Shown: one piece after another, positions 59,245-64,000 of the stretch
Layout: every line of letters begins with the position of its first letter
How positions within the stretch are numbered: position 1 is the first letter of the stretch
Assembly (NCBI GenBank): GCA_041644975.1
Contig: JBAZQX010000002.1
Coordinates: 20,603-84,602, forward strand
Direction of reading: 5' to 3'
Source: Candidatus Doudnabacteria bacterium
Lineage (GTDB): Bacteria > Patescibacteriota > JAQUNI01
Length of the DNA stretch: 64,000 nucleotides
The notes under the pieces: model-generated
What the model was told of the DNA's origin: nothing
Databases searched by the model: none
Seen by the model: the letters and a program-made list of their open reading frames with translations, nothing else
Program-made: the position numbers and the translations under genes

Positions 59245-60582
59245 GTGCCTCGTCGCAATAAAACAACCGTGGGGCGCAAATTGCGCCGCAAGAAATCTTA
59301 CAAGCGGAGTCAGCAGTCCAAAAAAATGGGAATAAAGAAGAGGAGTCAAAAGAAGCCTAAAACTAGAAGAACGGCTTGGCAGAGAGCTCGCCCTGCAAGG
59401 AAGAGGAAACCTCTCTATTTTTCGCGCGCGAAAAATAGCGCCGCTAGGCGCAAAAGGACTCGTCGTCCAGTCAGGCGGATGAGGAGGAAGAGCGCGGTTT
59501 CGCAAGCGAAACTAGATTATCTTTTTCATAAAGGCAAAGAGCAGGGTTTTATCACGGTTAACGAGATTTTAGCAGCGATTCCTGAGATTGAAGATTACGA
59601 AGAAGCCTTAGACGACTTTTTATCTAAATTAGAAGAAGAGGGAGTGAGTATAGAAGAAATCAGAGGGGATTTAATTGAGAGCGTAGGAGAGAGCGAGGAG
59701 GAAGGGGAAAAGCCTCAGAAGGAAATAGGATTTTGGGAGGGTTTGGATCTCGGCGATATCTCTTCAGATTCGGTTCAGATGTATTTGCGGGAGATCGGCA
59801 AAGTGCCTCTTCTGACCTCTCAAGAAGAGGTTGATTTATCCAAGCGCAAAGAAAAAAATGACCAGGAAGCGAAGAATAAGCTTATTGAAGCCAATCTGCG
59901 CCTCGTTGTTTCTATCGCTAAAAAATACACCGGACGTTCTCTTTCTCTTTTAGATTTGATTCAAGAAGGCAACATTGGCCTTTTCAGGGCGGTAGAAAAA
60001 TTTGATTACCGCAGGGGCTATAAATTTTCTACTTATGCCACTTGGTGGGTTCGTCAGGCAATCACGCGGGCGCTCGCTGACCAATCGCGCACGATTCGGA
60101 TCCCTGTGCATATGGTGGAAACGATTAATAAATTCACTCAAACGGAAAGACGTTTGGTGCAGGATTTGGGACGAGAGCCGATGCCCGAGGAAATCGCGGC
60201 GGAAATGGGCATTCCCTTGGAAAAAGTGCGGCAGATTTTAAAGGTGTCGCAGGAAACTGTTTCTTTGGAAACGACCGTGGGTGAAGATGATGAAGATTCC
60301 ACCCTTGGCGATTTTATTGAGGACGAAAAGACGCCTACCCCAGACCGCTTGGCGGGTCAGGAACTCTTAAGAAACCATATTAAGGACGTAATTCGGGATT
60401 TAAACCCCAGGGAGCAGAAGATTTTAAATATGCGTTTTGGATTAAGTGATGGTATTTCTCATACCCTGGAAGAGGTGGGGCAGGAATTTGGCGTCACCCG
60501 CGAGCGGATCCGCCAAATTGAAGCCAAAGCCTTGGAAAAGATTCGGGATCATGCGTTGGTTAAGAAGTTGAGGGATTATTAG
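59245..60582 (+). CDS. rpoD: RNA polymerase sigma factor RpoD (sigma-70); start uncertain, longest ORF carries Lys/Arg-rich N-terminal extension
   Basis: Regions 1.2-4.2 are conserved (LTSQEEVDL, region 2 including [13 protein letters not shown], region 4 [20 protein letters not shown]). 59245 is a GTG without an SD. Alternative ATG starts are at 59326 and 59479. The region conserved with the E. coli RpoD N-terminus begins at [13 protein letters not shown]. Confidence 0.88.
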   Translation: MPRRNKTTVGRKLRRKKSYKRSQQSKKMGIKKRSQKKPKTRRTAWQRARPARKRKPLYFSRAKNSAARRKRTRRPVRRMRRKSAVSQAKLDYLFHKGKEQGFITVNEILAAIPEIEDYEEALDDFLSKLEEEGVSIEEIRGDLIESVGESEEEGEKPQKEIGFWEGLDLGDISSDSVQMYLREIGKVPLLTSQEEVDLSKRKEKNDQEAKNKLIEANLRLVVSIAKKYTGRSLSLLDLIQEGNIGLFRAVEKFDYRRGYKFSTYATWWVRQAITRALADQSRTIRIPVHMVETINKFTQTERRLVQDLGREPMPEEIAAEMGIPLEKVRQILKVSQETVSLETTVGEDDEDSTLGDFIEDEKTPTPDRLAGQELLRNHIKDVIRDLNPREQKILNMRFGLSDGISHTLEEVGQEFGVTRERIRQIEAKALEKIRDHALVKKLRDY

Positions 60583-60584
60583 AG

Positions 60585-60619
60585 TAGTAATTGGTAATCA
60601 GTAACTGGTAATTGGTAAT
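60585..60619. repeat. left inverted array of five xxGTAAT heptads abutting four-helix-bundle gene start
   Basis: tagtaat tggtaat cagtaac tggtaat tggtaat. Its reverse-complement partner lies at 61008-61047. Confidence 0.55.
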
Positions 60620-61000
60620 ATGAATATTATGGATAAAAAGATCGTCAAATTTTATGATCTGGAGGCTTGGCAGAAGGCTTATGAATTGGTCTTAGAAATT
60701 TATAAGATTACAAAGTTATTCCCCAAGGAAGAACTGTTTGGAATGACAAGCCAGTTAAGAAGAGCGGCGGCTTCAATAGCAGCTAATATCGCAGAAGGTT
60801 TTGCGAGATACCATTATAAAGATAAGGTAAGGTTTTATTACCAAGCGCGCGGTTCGGTTGCCGAGGTTCAAACCTTTTTATTATTAGCCAAAGATTTAAA
60901 ATATATTGATTTAGAGATTTGTAAATATTTAGGGGAAAGGTGTAATGAGGTAGGAAAGCTGATTAATGGTTTGATCCGTTCTATTGAGAAACAAAAATAG
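60620..61000 (+). CDS. four-helix-bundle protein (TIGR02436 / 23S rRNA intervening-sequence protein family)
   Basis: LEAWQKAYELVLEIYKITKLFPKEELFGMTSQLRRAAASIAANIAEGFAR is the family signature. Confidence 0.8.
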   Translation: MNIMDKKIVKFYDLEAWQKAYELVLEIYKITKLFPKEELFGMTSQLRRAAASIAANIAEGFARYHYKDKVRFYYQARGSVAEVQTFLLLAKDLKYIDLEICKYLGERCNEVGKLINGLIRSIEKQK

Positions 61001-61007
61001 TTTATGA

Positions 61008-61047
61008 ATTACTAATTACTAATTACTAATTACCGATTACTGATTAC
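61008..61047. repeat. right inverted array of six GTAAT heptads (attactaattactaattactaattaccgattactgattac)
   Basis: Reverse complement of the left array motif. It lies between the four-helix-bundle gene stop and the tRNA-Asn fragment. Confidence 0.55.
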
Positions 61048-61055
61048 GAATCCAT

Positions 61056-61137
61056 TCCGCGATAGCTCAATGGTACCCGCCCGCCACGCAAGCCGAAGCT
61101 TTGCGAGGCGTTGCGGGCGGGGAGCAACTGGCTGTTA
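61056..61137 (+). pseudogene. disrupted duplicate of tRNA-Asn 5-prime half (acceptor to anticodon loop) with 46-nt GC hairpin inserted in D-loop
   Basis: tccgcgatagctcaatggta + [cccgcccgcc ... gcgggcgggg] + agcaactggctgtta. It is identical to the intact tRNA-Asn 61390-61427 apart from the insertion, and breaks in the anticodon loop 3 nt before the GIY-YIG ATG. Confidence 0.5.
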
Positions 61138-61140
61138 TCT

Positions 61141-61383
61141 ATGTTCTACACTTATGTTTTAAGAAGTAAAAAAGATTCTAAGTTTTATATAGGTTCTACA
61201 AAAAATCTTAAGAAAAGATTTATTGAACACCAGAAAGGTTTGGTGGAGGCAACATTGAAAAGGAGGCCGTTGAAGTTAGTTTATTACGAGGCTTGTTTGG
61301 ATGAGAAAAAGGCGCAAAAAAGAGAAAAATATTTTAAAACCGGTTACGGCAGAAGATTTCTGAAAGGTAGAATCTATTTTTGA
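61141..61383 (+). CDS. small GIY-YIG nuclease family protein (YhbQ/UPF0213-like)
   Basis: GIY-YIG motifs FYTYVLRSKKDSKFYIGSTKNLKKRFIEH and a C-terminal KREKYFKTGYGRRFL. 80 aa. Confidence 0.8.
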   Translation: MFYTYVLRSKKDSKFYIGSTKNLKKRFIEHQKGLVEATLKRRPLKLVYYEACLDEKKAQKREKYFKTGYGRRFLKGRIYF

Positions 61384-61389
61384 GTCCAT

Positions 61390-61464
61390 TCCGCGATAGC
61401 TCAATGGTAGAGCAACTGGCTGTTAACCAGTGTGTTGCAGGTTCGAGTCCTGCTCGCGGAGCCA
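61390..61464 (+). tRNA. tRNA-Asn (anticodon GTT), CCA encoded
   Basis: Manual fold gives acceptor TCCGCGA/TCGCGGA, D-arm GCTC-AATGGTA-GAGC, anticodon arm ACTGG-CTGTTAA-CCAGT, T-arm GCAGG-TTCGAGT-CCTGC. Confidence 0.88.
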
Positions 61465-61548
61465 GTATTAAAAAATGGCTTATTTAAGCCATTTTTTGGT
61501 TAAAATTAATAAAAATGATTGATAAAGTGTTGCAAATATTACAGCTCT

Positions 61549-61576
61549 TTGACAAATTAGTAAAAAGTTATAAAAT
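61549..61576 (+). promoter_or_regulatory. sigma-70-like promoter upstream of HD-domain gene
   Basis: -35 box ttgaca (61549-54), 16-nt spacer, -10 box taaaat (61571-76). The SD aaggaag precedes the ATG at 61631. Confidence 0.35.
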
Positions 61577-61630
61577 GCATAGATCTTAATAATTAAAGAT
61601 AACTGAAAAGAAAGTATAAGAAGAAAGGAA

Positions 61631-63001
61631 GTGATAAAGATGGAGATGTTTAGTGGTTTTGATTTTTCGGAATACGGGCCACTCTCCAAGTTTGGGCAGC
61701 ATCCGAAATTTGAAAGCTCGTTTAAAAAATGGCGGCGAAGGTTGCTCAATGGGCAATCCTCTAATGTTGTCAAATTAGCTGATATTCCGAAATTAGGGGG
61801 TGTTTATCTTATCCCAAGGGATCAATATATAGAGATTGTTGATGGATTCGGGGATACGATCGCTATTGGAAGTCCTGGCAATGCTATGTTTCCGTTTAGC
61901 TCTTACGATTTTTTTGGAGACATCTATGAGGATGAGTATTTTCAGGAGCTTCTTGAGCAACCGTTCTTCCGCTTAGGAAAAATCAGTCAGCTCGGATATC
62001 TAGTTCCACCAAAGCCCGAGAGTTGGAAACTAAACGTTTCCATAATTTATCCCGCTCCTTATTTTGTCCATACTCGGTGGGCCCATTCAAGATTAGTTGC
62101 CTTTTTAATGGAGGTGATTCTTGCTAAGCATGGCTATACAGATGAAGAGCGGCTTCCTGTTGTTTTAACTGCTGCTTATCATGATGTTGCTACGCCGGCG
62201 GGTGGGGATTCGGTCAAAAGAGTGGATGCTGAAGGTCTTAATGAAGAAGAGAATTTTGAATGGGTGCTAAGGCATTATGATTTGGTCCAAAAATGGTCTG
62301 ATAAGTATGGGTTTGATATAGAAAAAGCAAAACAATGGGTAAAGGGTATCGGGCTCTTTGGTAGACTCTTGGATATTATAGATAGAGTAGCCTATACGGC
62401 ATTGGACTGTTATTACGTGGGGTCTAGTCGTCCTTGCAAGCTTAGATTCCTTGGGCTAGAAAATCCTTTAACTCTGGATGTGTGGCAAGATTTAAAATTT
62501 AATGATGATCGCAATGACTTTGCTTTTACGGACCCAAACAGATTGTTCAAATTTTTACTCTTTAGGGCGTATGAGCACGAAGAGCTCTTGATGAATCCGT
62601 ATTCTAGGGCACTGGATTTTTTTCTACAAAAGCTAGTCCAACCTCTATATAAAACGGGAATGATTACCCGGGAACAGCTTCTTTTGGGGGATGATGAGTG
62701 GTTATATGGAGTATTTAAAGAACATTATCCAAATAAAAACTTGTGGGCCTTTATTGAGCCAGAGATTATAAGCTGGAAAAAGTTTGACAGTTTAGAGGGG
62801 CTTCAGAGGTTTTGTTTTGGAGATGAAACAATAGATCACGTAGAGCAGATCAAGGGTTTTGATACTGGTTTGGGTCTTGGAGTATATAGCGGTGAGAAGA
62901 TTGTGTCCGTCAGAGAATTGCTGACGGAGGATCAGATTGAGGAGTTGGAAGAAATCAATAAGCAGGTAAAAGGATATTATGCTTATTGGATAAAAGAGTA
63001 A
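61631..63001 (+). CDS. HD-domain protein (putative dNTP/nucleotide phosphohydrolase-like)
   Basis: H ... HD metal-binding signature HSRLVAFLMEVIL ... AAYHDVATPAGGDSVKRVD. The remainder is unrecognised. Confidence 0.55.
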   Translation: MIKMEMFSGFDFSEYGPLSKFGQHPKFESSFKKWRRRLLNGQSSNVVKLADIPKLGGVYLIPRDQYIEIVDGFGDTIAIGSPGNAMFPFSSYDFFGDIYEDEYFQELLEQPFFRLGKISQLGYLVPPKPESWKLNVSIIYPAPYFVHTRWAHSRLVAFLMEVILAKHGYTDEERLPVVLTAAYHDVATPAGGDSVKRVDAEGLNEEENFEWVLRHYDLVQKWSDKYGFDIEKAKQWVKGIGLFGRLLDIIDRVAYTALDCYYVGSSRPCKLRFLGLENPLTLDVWQDLKFNDDRNDFAFTDPNRLFKFLLFRAYEHEELLMNPYSRALDFFLQKLVQPLYKTGMITREQLLLGDDEWLYGVFKEHYPNKNLWAFIEPEIISWKKFDSLEGLQRFCFGDETIDHVEQIKGFDTGLGLGVYSGEKIVSVRELLTEDQIEELEEINKQVKGYYAYWIKE

Positions 63002-63018
63002 AAGGTTGGGGCAGTGCT

Positions 63019-63050
63019 AAGGGAAACAAAATTTGTTTCCCTTTTTATTT
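63019..63050 (+). terminator. rho-independent terminator
   Basis: Stem agggaaacaaa / tttgtttccct followed by ttttatttt. Confidence 0.45.
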
Positions 63051-63249
63051 TATTTTTATTATTTAAATGTATTTAACATTTATAAAAGATAGATTGTTAA
63101 ATTTTTCCTTTATTTTATCCCAGTCTACTTTTTTAAATGTGTCTAGTAAGGGGAGCCTTTGAAGACCATCTGGAATGGAATGATTTTTGAACTTTCTTTA
63201 ATCCTTCAAATTGAGGTATAATGAAAGGCATAAAGGTTAGCCTCATTAA

Positions 63250-64000
63250 ATGAGAAATAGTATTTTGAATAAAAATTTTTTAATCATTGTCATAGGTTTA
63301 TTCTTTTTGGTTTTGGGTGCGTTTTTATTTCTCTCTCAATCTGTATTTGAAGGCAACAAACGGTCTGTAGAAAATGTTCCTGATAATCCTGCGAGTAAAA
63401 TTTGTCAAAAAATTTTACAGCCTGAAGATGCCTATTCTTGTTTAGCAGTAGTTAATGCCGATGGTAGTTTTTGTCAGAAGATAGAACAAATAGAAGAAAA
63501 AAATCTTTGTTTGGCCTTGGCTGATAAAGATCTATTTTTTTGTCGGAAAATTAAAGATCAAGAGGCTAAAAAAATTTGCTACTACGAGTTAAGTTTTGAG
63601 GTTAGAGATATTAGTTATTGTGACGAACTTGAAGATTGGGAAAAATGTTATTTTTCTTTTGTTCACAAACTTTATTGGCAGGAAAGATCTGATGAAATTC
63701 AGGCTGAATATTGTGAAAAAATTAGTAATAATGCCGGCGGAGACATGGCTTTTAGAAATACTTGCTGGGCACTAAAGGCAGGTGATGTCTCTCTTTGCCA
63801 GGGAAATGAGCATTGTCTTTCATTTTTTAAACAGCCACTTTCTTTTTGCGACACTACTAAATCCAAAGGTAAATCTGACTGCCTGCGCGACCGAGCTTTA
63901 ACTGCCAAAGATACCTCTATTTGTGAAAAGATAGATGATATATATTTTAGGGATAATTGTTATAGTAGTTATTCTGCTCATATTTTGCCAGACCTTTCTC
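63250..64000 (+). CDS. Cys-rich repeat protein with N-terminal signal anchor (3-prime partial; not in ORF track)
   Basis: The ORF is open from ATG 63250 to the window end. It begins with the TM helix FLIIVIGLFFLVLGAFLFL and continues with about 35-aa repeats carrying spaced Cys pairs (C-x8-11-C). Confidence 0.5.
   Translation, partial: MRNSILNKNFLIIVIGLFFLVLGAFLFLSQSVFEGNKRSVENVPDNPASKICQKILQPEDAYSCLAVVNADGSFCQKIEQIEEKNLCLALADKDLFFCRKIKDQEAKKICYYELSFEVRDISYCDELEDWEKCYFSFVHKLYWQERSDEIQAEYCEKISNNAGGDMAFRNTCWALKAGDVSLCQGNEHCLSFFKQPLSFCDTTKSKGKSDCLRDRALTAKDTSICEKIDDIYFRDNCYSSYSAHILPDLS

Noticed and set aside
61056-61464. Group I intron with a homing endonuclease inside tRNA-Asn
   Set aside because: The downstream copy is a complete, intact tRNA rather than a 3-prime exon. 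The 250-nt intervening DNA is almost entirely the GIY-YIG ORF and has no room for an intron catalytic core.

Overview
This is an AT-rich stretch of bacterial chromosome with compact gene organisation and short basic or acidic extensions on several proteins. By inference it belongs to a small-genome CPR/Patescibacteria-like lineage. Most of the window is conserved housekeeping genes. Three accessory blocks stand out and several families of short GC-rich palindromic repeats are scattered through it.

Conserved housekeeping genes, in order:
- ftsK C-terminus, pyrG, a RodZ-like HTH protein, an HD hydrolase, recA, efp.
- The rpsF-ssb-rpsR operon, a phosphoglucomutase, a sugar-nucleotidyltransferase with an N-terminal RHH domain, trpS, RNase J, tRNA-Leu.
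- A family-5 substrate-binding protein, secG, uvrC, uvrA, groES-groEL preceded by a CIRCE operator, pyk, a PurF-like protein, dnaG, rpoD.

Accessory blocks:
- (i) A roughly 15 kb glycan/cell-surface polysaccharide locus (27.7-42.7 kb). It carries four GT2 genes (one on the plus strand, three in the minus-strand array), three GT4 genes plus one GT4-like gene, four class I SAM methyltransferases, a Wzx-like flippase, an NAD epimerase/dehydratase, a GT-C-like membrane protein and an alpha/alpha-toroid (prenyltransferase-like) protein. That last protein carries an in-frame MITE-like nested palindrome.
- (ii) A tRNA-Ser-adjacent island (45.6-53.7 kb). It begins with a truncated hsdR-like N-terminal remnant and a long GC-rich palindrome. 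It encodes an HTH-fused GHKL ATPase with a STAS-like (DUF4325-type) partner, a RibD_C/DHFR-like protein, YbjQ, MazG, an SPFH pair, a GH5-like hydrolase, rubrerythrin and several small membrane or secreted proteins.
- (iii) A mosaic at 60.58-61.46 kb. A four-helix-bundle (23S-IVS-type) gene is flanked by inverted arrays of GTAAT heptads. It is followed by a disrupted duplicate of the tRNA-Asn 5-prime half carrying a hairpin insertion in the D-loop, then a small GIY-YIG nuclease gene, then an intact tRNA-Asn.

The short GC-rich repeat families (MITE/REP-like) occur mostly in intergenic regions. Two copies sit in-frame inside coding sequences. Other notable items are a 200-nt GC-rich structured element next to tRNA-Leu, three translationally coupled small ORFs, a PurF homolog lacking the N-terminal Cys nucleophile, and an rpoD ORF with an upstream Lys/Arg-rich in-frame extension.

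No CRISPR array, rRNA or integrase was seen.
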